From positions 2,728,001 to 2,792,000 of the forward strand of contig CP154954.1 in assembly GCA_039621445.1 (NCBI GenBank): a stretch of 64,000 nt of DNA. Reading direction: 5' to 3'. This DNA comes from Euglena gracilis (Eukaryota). A program made the position numbers and the translations under genes. This document shows positions 23,040 to 34,946 of this stretch, piece after piece. Each line of letters starts with the position of its first letter. Position 1 is the stretch's first letter. Below the pieces are notes generated by a model. It saw nothing but the letters and a program-made list of their open reading frames with translations, had not been told where the DNA came from and did not search any database.

Positions 23040-24230
23040 TGGGTCCGGGAGGCCAAAAAACATCGTTTCGGGCAAAAAAAATTTTTTTCGATTTTTTTCG
23101 ACTTTTTTGACCCGGTTTTCACCCAAAGTCAATGGGTCGGCGGCCCAAAACGGGGCGCCGGCGGGTCGAAAAAACTCTCGTTTTCGGCTTTTTTTTTTTT
23201 TTTTTTTTTCTCCGGGAGGCCAAAAAACATCGTTTCGGGCAAAAAAAATTTTTTTTTCGATTTTTTTCGACTTTTTTTACCCAGTTTTGACCCAAAGTAA
23301 ATGGGTCGGCGGCCCAAAACGGGGCGCCGGCGGGTCGAAAAACGCTTGTTTTCGGCTCGAAAACAGTTTTTTTTTTTTTTTTTTTTTTTCGTTTCGGGCA
23401 AAAAAATTTTTTTCGATTTTTTTCGACTTTTTTGACCCGGTTTTGACCCAAAGTCAATGGGTCGGCGGCCCAAAACGGGGCGCTGGCGGGTCGAAAAACG
23501 CTCGTTTTTGGCTCGAAAACAGTTTTTTTGGGTCCGGGAGGCCAAAAAACATCTTTTTGGGAAAAAAAAATTTTTTTCGATTTTTTTCGACTTTTTTGAC
23601 CCGGTTTTGACCCAAAGTCAATGGGTCGGCGGCCCAAAACGGGGCGCCGGCGGGTCGAAAAACGCTCGTTTTCGGCTCGAAAACAGTTTTTCCGGGTCCG
23701 GGAGGCCAAAAAACATCGTTTCGGGCAAAAAAAATTTTTTTTTCGATTTTTTTCGACTTTTTTGACCCGGTTTTGACCCAAAGTCAATGGGTCGGCGGCC
23801 CAAAACGGGGCGCCGGCGGGTCGAAAAACGCTCGTTTTCGGCTCAAAAACAGTTTTTCCGGGCCAAAAAACATCGTTTCGGGCAAAAATTTTTTTTCGAT
23901 TTTTTCGACTTTTTTGACCCGGGTTTGACCCAAAGTCAATGGGTCGGCGGCCCAAAACGGGGCCCGGCGGGTCGAAAAACGCTCGTTTTTTGCTCTAAAA
24001 AAGTTTTTTTTTTTGTCCGGGAGGCCAAAAAACATCGTTTCGGGCAAAAAATTTTTTCGATTTTTTTCGACTTATTTGACCCGGTTTTGACCCACAGTCA
24101 ATGGGTCGGCGGCCCAAAACGGGGCGCCGGCGGGTCGAAAAACGCTCGTTTTCGGCTCGAAAACAGTTTTTCCGGGCCAAAAAACATCGTTTCGGGCAAA
24201 AAAATTTTTCTCGATTTTTTTTGACTTTTT
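23040..24230. repeat. Tandem satellite, 7 units of about 150-170 bp
   Basis: AATGGGTCGGCGGCCCAAAAC recurs at ~23131, 23300, 23456, 23620, 23786, 23938 and 24100; units are rich in A/T tracts. Confidence 0.92.
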
Positions 24231-24239
24231 TGGCCGAAA

Positions 24240-24670
24240 ACGGCTAAGTCGAATAGAGGGAAAAGTGTACAAAATGGCCTGAAATGGCCCAAATTGGCCA
24301 AAAAAACGCCCGTATCTCGGGCTGGGCGGGGAGTTGCGGGAAACCAAAATCCCAGTAGATAGAGCGTTCCAAGGGCTTCAATTTAGGTCTCCGGACATTT
24401 CCTTTGATTTTGCATCATTTTCGAGAAATTTTGAAAACATCGATTTTTTGACCCCCACCCCCCGAAAACGGCTAAGTCGAACAGAGGGAAAAGTGTACAA
24501 AACGGCCAGCTGCGCCGAAAATGGCCGTATCTCGGGCTAGGCGAGGAGTTGGGGGGAAATCAAAATACCGGTGGATGGGGCGTTCCAAGGGCTTCAAATT
24601 AGGTCTCCGGATATTTCCTTTGATTTGGCTTCATTTTGGAGATATTTTGAAAATGGACATTTTTTGGCCG
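24240..24670. repeat. Two diverged ~230-bp direct repeats
   Basis: CGGCTAAGTCGAA(T/C)AGAGGGAAAAGTGTACAAAA at ~24241 and ~24469, with colinear downstream similarity. Confidence 0.8.
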
Positions 24671-25329
24671 AAATGGCAGAGTCCAAAGGGGGGGGGGGCT
24701 CATCCAGGGGGGGCGGGTAAATCCTACCGAGTTTGGACCCCTTCGCGCGTGAATAACTCGGGCCTGGCGGGGAGTTGGGGGTCAAACCCAGGTGATTCGG
24801 AAACTAGGAATCCAGTCGCTCGCGACTGAAAAAAAATTCCGGGAACCGGGCCGGGATCATGGTGATAATCCGTCGGTTCTCCTGGTGGCCCCGACCCGGG
24901 GGGGGGGGGAGGGGGGGGGTCGAGGGGGGGATTTCGACGGTGGTAAGCTTCGCTCTTACCCATAAAGGGATAAGAGCTCAGCGACCCCCACCTATTCTGG
25001 GGGGGGGGAGGAGTTCTAGCCAGCACCTTTTTCCAGCCAGCCCTCGGGACTCCCTCAAGGAATTCCCTGGCTGAATCTTTATTTCAGTTTTCCCAAGATC
25101 GCAATCACGAGATTGGCTGGATTATTTTATGCAAATATCAACGTTCTTGCATCATATTCTGTGTACAATATTTCACATTATTTTTGGTTCACCTATTTAT
25201 CTATTTTTTCTATTTGTGTGTTGTCTTGAGTGCCATTAAACTAAGTCTGAGGCCAGCATTTATCGTTCCTGTTGACCCACCATGGTCAACACCGTCCCCA
25301 TGTCACTTCAGACAAGTTTTTTTCTGCAC

Positions 25330-28300
25330 ATGGTATGCCTTTCATAAAGGAGAGAAGCTGCACCCCAGAGCTTCTCCGCCCCTCTGCCAAGCTGCCCTCT
25401 TCGGCGAAGAAGGACACCGGGCCCCCCCGCGGGTGGCCTTCCTTGCGACGTACGCCCAGTTCACCGCCGCGCACCGGCTCCGAGACCCCCCGGCCAGATT
25501 GCCGCTCGCTTCCAGTGGACTCCGGCAGTCTCATTGGACGGCCGCTTTCCGCCATTTTTTCTTTCATTTTAAGCAAAAAAAGGCGTTTTCTTAATTTTGG
25601 TTGGCCCACGTTGACGTTTCACACGGGTCACTCCAACCCCGCCTGATCACCCCGGAGGGGGGGGGGGGGCGCTGTTTTTTTTCCCGGTGGAGGTGCCGGC
25701 ATTCTTCTTTGGGGGGGTCTTTCCTTTGACCGGGGGGACCCCACAACACCCCATGGGCCCATCAGGGGTGGGCGGCCGCCTGCCGGGCCGCCGTACGGGC
25801 CCCGGCTCAACGCTGCGGTGGACATCGTGGCGGAGGCCCTCCTCCTGGCAGCTGGGAGCCGCACCTTCGTGCTGGCCAAGCACCTATGAACTGATTTGTG
25901 GTGTGACTGGGGCGTGACTGGGGCGTGACTGGGGCGTGACTGGGGAGTGACTGGGGCGTGACTGGGGCGTGACTGTGGCGTGACTGGGGCGTGACTGGGC
26001 GTGACTGGGCGTGACCTGGTGTGGGATTCTGGATGACCATAGGCGCTTCGCGCTGGCCAAGCGGGCCCGGCGGTACTGCCGAGCCCTCGCGGTGCTGCGG
26101 AAGCACGTGTCCGACGCCCTCCTCCCGCCGTGCCGTCGGCCGTGTGAATGGAGGTTTTATGAATGGCAGGGCATGGATCCATAAGCCACAGAACCAGAAG
26201 TGAAGTACTCAGCGCCATTTGCGCAGTGGCTTACGGCTAATTTGGTGGTAAGTGCCACAAATCGTGGGGCGAGAGGGGAGCAGGGGGTTGCTGCCCAAGG
26301 TTCGATGTGTGCTGATACTCCTGCGGCCTATAACTAATTCGCCACATGCTGTTAGCTGAATCCCTCACCTGTTCAATTTGCTGAATTGCGGAATGGGACC
26401 TGTCCAAAATGCAAATTCAAGCAACCTCTTTAAACTGCAAGTAGAATGAAGGGAACAAGTAGCCAAAAATACCAACTGGCAGCTGCTTTTTGTAACCAAT
26501 AACACTCTATGTCTACAGTTTTTACTCTTTTTCTTAATGCAAATGTGAAGGCACACATTTTGACTCCCAAAAATGTGTTGCCACCATGTTTTGATCTTTT
26601 GGTGAAACAGATAAGCACTTTAAGTGACCATTTATCGATCTGCAAGAACCCCAAACTCAAACGAACCCCAAATTTCAGTATTTGGTTAAATTCGTCAAAC
26701 CTGTCAAAAATCCAATTTTTTTTTGCCGTCAAGATCTTCACCGCCTTGCGCTAAAAGCCGTGAAAATTTGACCGTGAAAATTTGACAGTGGTGAAATTTT
26801 TTTGACACAGGCCAGCTTCATCGGGCCCGAACCCGCGGGTGGGTTCTACAGCCTGGCTGGTGTCTGCTGGTTGGGAAAGAGGTCCTGGACCCCCCCACTA
26901 AGGTCCTCTAGGGCGGGCACCCCCGGGTCCTTAAGAAAAATCCTGGTTGCCTAATTTTAGGATAGGGGCTGGAACAAAAACTTCCAGAAGAATTCCCTGG
27001 TGGGTGAAATGCTGCCAACGCTTGGATAAATTTGCTTGCCAATGGGGAAGCTGCCAGCCAATCATCTTGAATTAAATCTCCCAAACTGACAAAAACAGTT
27101 GGCAACCTCTCAACATTCAAAACCGTGCCCACCAGCACCAGCATAGGATATTTTTCCTGGCCACCACGAGCATTTTTCAAAAGAAAAGCGATAATGTGTT
27201 GTTGCATGCGTTGTTGTAAAAGAAGAGCAGCGTATCTTGTGCATCATTCATGTTATTGGCCCTGGTGATGCACGCTCTGGTGCCTTTTTTTTCTGGAGGG
27301 AATCAAATTTGTGAGGGTTTGGCGCCTCAAACAGCAACTTCCCTTCTTTTCCTTCTTCTTTAGGGGGTCATTGTGCAATGTGATGGCTCGTCAGCGGCGT
27401 AGCACCCTCATTTTCGGCAGAAGATGGCAGTTGAACTTCCCCTCCATTTATTCCGACCCCCCTCCGAAAAGAAACACAACAAACAATGAATGCCTACCCC
27501 TCTCCAAAGTGCCAACTGCCTGAAAGTTCACATTGAAAGGAATCAAAGCGCAATGGGAGGACGACAGAAAGGAGCGTTCACAATGAAAAGATGAACAAAC
27601 ATAGACTGCTTCAGCGATGCCAGTTGACGAAAGCATATCGTGACTGCATGGGCACAAGCAATTTTTTGCAATTTGAGTTTTTTGACTGCTGAAACAATTC
27701 TCACCCCCAACTCACTCTTTTTGGTTTTTTTTCCCCCAGGAGTCGGCCTGCCACTGATGCACAGCACCTGCACCACATCTCTTCTGATGGAGCTCCTTCA
27801 CGAATATGCTGCCGACTCTGGGCAGGGGGGCACCAAGTCCCCAGATTCGGCAAAGGATTGTGAGCTTTCAGCCGTGGTTTCGGGATCCCCAAATTTCATA
27901 TACGGAGTCATTCATCCCAACTCCCCTGAGGAATTGATGCAACGTGGACACAATACCGACGGGTTGGGCTGAATGCTGCCCGCTTTGCAAATGAAGAGAG
28001 CAGGACGGTCCCAGCAAACTCGTACCTGAGGGCGAAGAATCATCGCATCGCCGCCGTGTTGGACAGCTGGCGGATCCGCGAAGCTCAGATTCGAGAGGCG
28101 GGGCTGTCCCCTGTCAAGACGAGCCAGCGGCGTCGTATGGCGTTTCGTCTGGGCTGCATGCTTTTTTTTTAGCAGCCCTGTGCACTGTGTACATTGGCTT
28201 TCTTTGGATAACCATGCGTTGACAAAGGCACACCTTAATGGGAACGAGGTTGTGCTTTTATGAGGAAAAAAAAGCTTCTTTCGGCCTCTCAGAGGTGAGC

Positions 28301-29002
28301 ATTTTTTTCACACTGTGAATGCGGCAATACACAGATGCGGCATGGACACATTTTTTTTGCATTTTTTTTTTTTGTTTTGTTCTTTTGTTGTTTTCCCTCT
28401 GGATTTTTTCAAGTTCTTTCAAATGAAATGATGTGGAAATAAGAATCTCCTTTTCACCTTTTTTTTTCCTTGTGGAAGATCTTCGCATTTTTTTCTGTTT
28501 TGATTAACAAATAATTTTTTTTTGAATTGGTACGCCACCAAAAAGTCACGGACATTTGTTGAAAATCCGAGAAAGCTGGGGCATAAACCCCTTAAAAGCC
28601 CCCTTCTCCAAAATTTGAAACCCCTTCCAAAAATATCCCAAAAAAAACTGGAAAAAAATGAGAACTGTCGAGAATTGTGTTTCAAAACCCCTTATATATG
28701 CGTGCATATATGTTTGTATATTCCTGTCCCAATATACGTCCAATTGAGTGTCCCAGTAGCATTTCTTTTTTGCCTTTTTTAATTCTTTTGTGTCGCTTTG
28801 TCCCCCATCCTTGCGCATGTTTTTGGGGCTGTTGTTCGGAAGAAGCAACCTAGCTGCGTCCTTCCATTGTCCCCGACGGCCAGGCAACTGCTGGATTGGA
28901 ACACCACCATCTTGTTGCAATATACATATATATGTATATATACATGTATGTGTGTGTATATATATACACACACACGTATGTATACACACACACACACACA
29001 CA

Positions 29003-29050
<48 letters not shown>

Positions 29051-30800
29051 CACTCACACCACGCACGCACGCACACGCACGCACACCCACGCACGCACGC
29101 ACGCACTCACGCACGCACGCACGCACGCACACACTCCGCACGCACTCACACACGCACGCACACACGAAAGGGGGGAATGGGCACATTGGGAACGCCACCA
29201 TATTAATGCAACATATACATGTATGTATGTATATATGTATATATATGATATTATTAGTTCAAATAATATATAAATAAAATGAACATAATATATTCATACT
29301 ATACGTGTACATATAAATGATATGATATTAATAGTTTATTTTGTCTCTGGTTGAGCTGGTTGACTGGGTTGTGCCAAAGGACAAAATAAAAGGGACAAAT
29401 AAATAAATGGAATAATTTTGAGTTTCAATTCCAGAGTTTGAGTTTTTGAGTTTCGCTCTTACCAAACCATCACCACTTTTGGAGACTCCCCCCTCCCCCC
29501 AGCGGTGTCCTGCAGCCGAGTTGAAAGAGGGAACTGTTCGGGCACTGTACCGGGAGAGGCACACTGAGTACCGCCAAGCGCTTCGGCAATGGCGGCTGCA
29601 TCGATTTGGCCGGGGCTTTCCCCCCAAAGTGGCCCGCTGAACGCCGCAATTTGGATTGAATAGTTGACGGTGAGGGGTCAAGGTACACCGTGCCAAAAAG
29701 CCTTGAGTTTTAAACGGCGCCAAATGATGGTGTGCAAATAGTATCACTGTATCCCTGCCACTGTGGACATTTGGCCAGTCAATATTGGCGTGCTTGCCGG
29801 CGCAGAGGTACTTACATGGATCTCCTCATGATTCCATTTCAATACGCTTTCATGCCGCACTTTCATGGCTGGACTCCTCTCAGCCTGCAGTGTGCAAGTC
29901 TTGGCCGAACCCCAGCAGACGAATCCGCCAGCTGCCCGGCCGCAGTTCATTTTCACTCCCAACCGTCCTGTTGCTCAGCCTGTGGCTCTCTCTATGCAAT
30001 GGCAACAACCTCCATTTCTTGAAGTCTCTCCCTGGGTGAGCCCTTTGGGGGGGGGGTCGTTCCCCCGGGTGGCAGTGGTGACCACATCGACAGGCTGAAG
30101 TTTAGGGAGTGGCTAACCCACCAGGGGGGGGGGGGCTTACTTGAGGCGGTGGCTGTTGAGTGGTGGGTGGGACACTCTGGCAAAAGCCCCCGGGCGCTCT
30201 CCGAAGGCGCCGGAATTTCAGCAATGGCTCTTTTTGGTTGAAACTCTGCCCACGACCAGGCACTCCACGGCACTCTCAGACCCACCAGGGGTTGGTTGAA
30301 TTCAGCCTGGGGAGGCCCAAAGTGACCGACCTTCCCGAGATTGTTGACTGGCGGCCCCAACCGGGCTCGGTGAGCAATGCGTATGTTCCCGCCAACGTCA
30401 CAATGCAGGAGCTGGTCGGTTGCGCGTGGGCCGCTTGAACTCTCATACATGATGCACATGCAACTGGTCGCATGTTTTTGTTTGGTCCGTTTGGGGGTGA
30501 GCCTCCAAAGGCAGATGTCTAACTGCCACCCAATGAAGGTGTTGCAAAACCCAGTTCCCCAAGGCTTTGTATTTTTTGATTTTATGCTCATGTTTGTGGA
30601 CTTCCCCACAGGATGTTACGTGCCGCTGGCTGATATGCGTCAGATGATTTTCAAACCATTTCCCGTTCCTTCAGAGGTTTTTGTTTTCAAACCCAGCGCA
30701 CAGGATCGTCACTTTATTCCTTCTTCGTGTCCGAGGTGCTCATCGCACCTCAAGAGATGCGAGTTCAGCCCCGTCCCTAAAGTTTCCACAGAGGCAGTGG
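25330..30800 (+). CDS. Multi-exon hypothetical protein (boundaries uncertain; could be more than one gene)
   Basis: GC3-rich exon-like islands: VAFLATYAQFTAAHRLRDP (~25433), RLNAAVDIVAEALLLAAGSRTFVLAKH (~25803), NSYLRAKNHRIAAVLDSWRIREAQIREAG (~28017), ELKEGTVRALYRERHTEYRQALRQWRLH (~29518), GRPKVTDLPEIVDWRP (~30310). Confidence 0.45.
25902..26015. repeat. 11-bp minisatellite (GTGACTGGGGC), about 10 copies
   Basis: Direct inspection. Confidence 0.95.
28920..29166. repeat. (TA)n/(CA)n/(CACG)n microsatellite
   Basis: Direct inspection; similar (CACG)n tracts at ~19745-19795 and ~55845-55892. Confidence 0.9.
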
Positions 30801-31849
30801 AGGGCATAGATTCATTTAACACCTGTTTGAACGCAGCGGCGTAATTTTCATAAAACTAGCAAAATTTGAAAGAATCTGGATGGGTCCTCTGGGACCCCAA
30901 ATGTGGGTACCCAAAGGCCTGCCCACTCGGACCCAAGGGAAAGGGTCATATGGCCCTGAAACTGGAACCCATCGGGGGTTCCCATTACGTTCTCTGGGAT
31001 AGTTATTCGAGTGTGCCGGCCGGATTAGTGTCTACGGGTGTGAAAAACATGCGGATATCATAAAACTAGCAAAATTCAGCGTTTTCGGCCGATTTTGGCC
31101 AGGTTTTGGGTGGGTGGGTGGGTGGGTGGTTGACCCGGGGGGGGGGGGTTGTGGGTGAGGGGGTTTCCCAAAAGGTGGGTGGGTTTGGGTCGGGAAAAAG
31201 TGCCCCCAGGGGCCCCCAAGTGGATCTATGGTGGAGAGGCGGGTGTCACAACTGAAGTCCCAGACCCCAACCGAATCCCCAGCTCAAACTCCCCGTCTGG
31301 ACAACTGCGACACCCTTTCGAGGCTCTCGCACACGGACTCTCGCCCAGGACCTTTGCCTTGCGTCGATGACAGCATTTCTCCCTTCCTTTCAGTTCAAAC
31401 CTGCCAAGCTGCTTCTGAATAATCATGCAGCATTCCCCCACGGAACGTTTTTGAGTCCGGCGTCTTGCAAAGGCCAATTTAATTTACAAATGCAAGTGTT
31501 CTCTCGTCGTATTTTTGGGCATCGGGGGGATTATTGCCTGTGTATTTGTCACTGAGTTTTCATTTGGTATGCATATGCCACAGAGAAGTGCCAGCACACC
31601 TCCGATTCTGGCACGTATGTCCAAATATGTGCACATGGGTATGCACATGTGCACATGCATCCGCGAGCACATACACCCATGCATGCAAACCTCACCTCAT
31701 GTGTGTTTGCAGTCTGTGATTTCTGCCTGTCTATCTTCATTCCCCATCCCTGGCATGGAAGAACTCTTTGCCAAAGGCAGGTTCTGGCCCCAGTCCCCTG
31801 CCCTCCTCTCGCCCTCCCTGCACCGACGGCGGTCTCCCGCCCACCCATT

Positions 31850-34476
31850 TCCAGCCGGCCCCGCAGCCGCGTCGGCCGCGCTGCCCAGCCGGCTGCGGCT
31901 CTCGCAGGAAGCTCCGGAGTCCGGAGTGTGGGCCACCCGGACGCTATTTGGTCTGGGTGGAGAGGGAGCCGCATCAATTCCATTCGTGCCAGTTTATTAG
32001 TTCACCGCTTATTTCAGTTTATGGCAGATTTGTGTCCCGTTCGCACGTTTCCCTCGTGTGTGGGAAAAAATGTTTGACCCCCCCCCAAAATGTTCCGAGG
32101 TGCCAAGTTACTGGCACCAAATGTTTGATTTTCACCCCTACCAACTGATTTTGTGCAATACGTTTTTCTCCCGATGTTGCAAGACTTTGGAGTGGAGGAA
32201 AGTTACCCCCCCCCCAAATACAACCCCCCCCGGTTTTATATTCGGGCGCAAATTTCAAGATCCCCAGGGGGTTTTTCTATTTGGGGGTTTTATATTCGGT
32301 CGGAAAATTCAACTTCCTGGCGGGATCCAGTTGTCACTTTTTCGGTCCAAAATCACTAATACACCCACCCCCCGGGGTCCAAACATTTCACTTTTCGGGC
32401 GAAGGAGCAACCTTCACATGTTTTTGGTGAAAATTGTTCCCAAATCTGACATAAATCACAATTTCAGGAGATATTTTTTCGAATTTTTTTCCTTCCGGCG
32501 CTTCGCGCCGGAGGGGGATATTTGGGCGAGATTTCAAGGTCCTCAGGGGGGTTTTATATTTGGGGGGGGGGTATGTTTGGGGGTTTTGTTTTTATCTGAA
32601 CGTGACCGTCATCTGTACTCAGTATGGTTTCACTTAGGAAGGCTTCGTGAGAATCCGAATTTTTCCAAAGTTGTATACTCTGTTGCTCTTGCTGTGGACG
32701 ATGGAGTAAGTGCCAAATCACGTCCTTAGCTTTGTAGCTTACACCGGGTTCGGTGGTGGACGTGGGAGGTGTCCCTCAAGTGTGCCCCTTGGCGTTCCTC
32801 AAACACTCTGCATGATCCACCGGCATGGGTTTGGTCTGCGACCTCCACCCAGGCGGTGACCCCCGCGCCCGTCCGCACGCCCCCACACCCAGGCTTCTTT
32901 GTACCTCGGAAGACCCCCCTTTTGGGCGGGTGGGTCTGGTGGGGTCCTGCCCCGGACCAGGCTGGGTGGGTGGGTGGGTGGTTTTAGTCTTGGACTCTGG
33001 GGGGGGGGGTTGGTGTTGGGTCCGGCCCGAAGGCGCCAAATTTTTTTTTGAAAAAGGTGCTATTTTTAGCACTCTTTCATGAAAAAGTGCTAAAAATAGC
33101 ACCGTTTTCAACAAAACTTTGGCGCCTTCGGGCCGTGAAGTGAGTGGGTTCCCCGGGACCCCCCCGGGGTCTTAAAAAAAACCCACTCCCCCCCCCCACA
33201 CGGGACTTAGACAGAAGCCTGGCCCCACCGGCCCATCATCGCAGGCCTGCCACAGAGCCCCGGGACCGGCCGGGGCGCCGCCCGGCTGCTGGCGGACCCC
33301 GCCCCGGCCGAGCCGCGGAGGCCGGCCGGTTTCACGGCCAGCCTGTTCTCAAAGGTGCGGCAGCGGGTGTACCGGCCGGGCTACCTCTTGGAACTACTTT
33401 TTTTCCCATTTTTTTGTACGCAATATTTTTTATGTTAATTATTTTATTTTTTTTGAATATTTTTTTTTTTTTGCCCGCCATTGGCTTTTCATTACCCTGA
33501 CAAGTTTGCCATGCTGTGGTTTCGCGGTGGTCAAGCTGAGGGGCTGCTGGATGCGATTTGCTTTTCAGGGGCCCCCCTGGAAGGATTAGATGGGGAGAGG
33601 GGTCGACCCCCGGCCCACCACCCACAGGGCTTCCAGGTTTCCAGCACAGCCCCACCCTGGGAAGACTGCCACCGGGCTGGTGCTGACCCAAAAAAAACGT
33701 GACAGTTGGCAAGTCATATCCAGAGGTCCGACCCCTTTTTCAGTCAGAATTTTCCTCTTCAGCCTCTTCCGCAGAATCAATGTCCCCAAGTGCCATGGTT
33801 GGTGTTGTGGGGGTGGACCCCCCTCAGGTTTTCCCGTACACCCTCGACCTGTCAGGTGACAGTTTCCCGGGGGGGGGGAGTATAGCTATGAGTGAATGAA
33901 CCAATGAATCAACCTCCCTCGGCTCATTTGACGCAGCCATATTGCCCAACAGTCGAGTAGGGGGTTGCCGCAGAAAATACAGCCGCACATTGCTCTTGGC
34001 TGGGGGAGATGGCAGTCTGCTTTTGGGTCGCATATTTGATGTCCAGAATTATATTTGATGACCAGAAGAATGTCCAAGAAAAAAAAATCATTCTTGGGTC
34101 TGGATAAGAGAGTGCCCGCAAACAAGTCCCAAAGGAAGAGGACCCTTCCGACGCCGACGTTCCGCATCACGATGGACAGGAGTCTTCCCTTCCAACGGCC
34201 AAACAATTCCACTTTTGGTTTCGACGTTTGCGCCTGACTTGCGACGTCCTGTCGGCCAAAGTTTCCCGAACCTTTTGTCCCAGGGGTACGATTCTGTGAT
34301 TCACAACTGATTCTCCATTTAGGTCAATGGCTGTAGGTGTGCAAGACTGTCAAACCATGACCCCTGAGGGCAACGCTGCCATCCCGATCGCAAAGGGTCA
34401 GCCCCCACCCGCAAGCAGATTTTTGATATGTGGGAAGACTTTCCAATTTAAGAGAGTCACTTTTTAGTTTGAAATA

Positions 34477-34507
<31 letters not shown>

Positions 34508-34637
34508 ATTCTCTCTCTCTCTCTTTGTGTGTGTGTGTGTGTGTGCGTTGTGTGTTGTTTGTCTTGTGTGCGTGTTGTGTGTTGTGTGTGCGTGTGTTGT
34601 GTGTGTGTTGGTGTGTGTTGTGTGGGTGTGTGTGTGT

Positions 34638-34670
<33 letters not shown>

Positions 34671-34857
34671 GTTGTGTGTTGTGTACGTGTTGTGCGTGTT
34701 TTGTGTGTGTGTGTTGTGTGTTGTGTGTGTGTTGTGCGTTGTGTGTTGTGTACGTGTTGTGCGTGTGTGTGTGTGTTGTGTGTTGTGTGTGTGTGTGTTG
34801 TGTCTGTGTGTGTGCGTGTGGTGTGTGTGTGTGTGTTGTGTGTGTGTGTGTGTGTGT

Positions 34858-34891
<34 letters not shown>

Positions 34892-34899
34892 GTGCGTGT

Positions 34900-34946
<47 letters not shown>

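Noticed and set aside
23040-24230. CRISPR-like regular repeats, and the Lys/Phe-rich ORFs over them
   Set aside because: The whole unit repeats with no unique spacers, there are no cas genes, and the context is eukaryotic; this is a satellite.
29608-30197. Possible MITE-intron (cggggcttt ... aaagcccccg)
   Set aside because: No TSD, and the putative downstream exon begins with the repeat-internal CCGAAGGCGCCGGAATTT motif, so coding status is doubtful.
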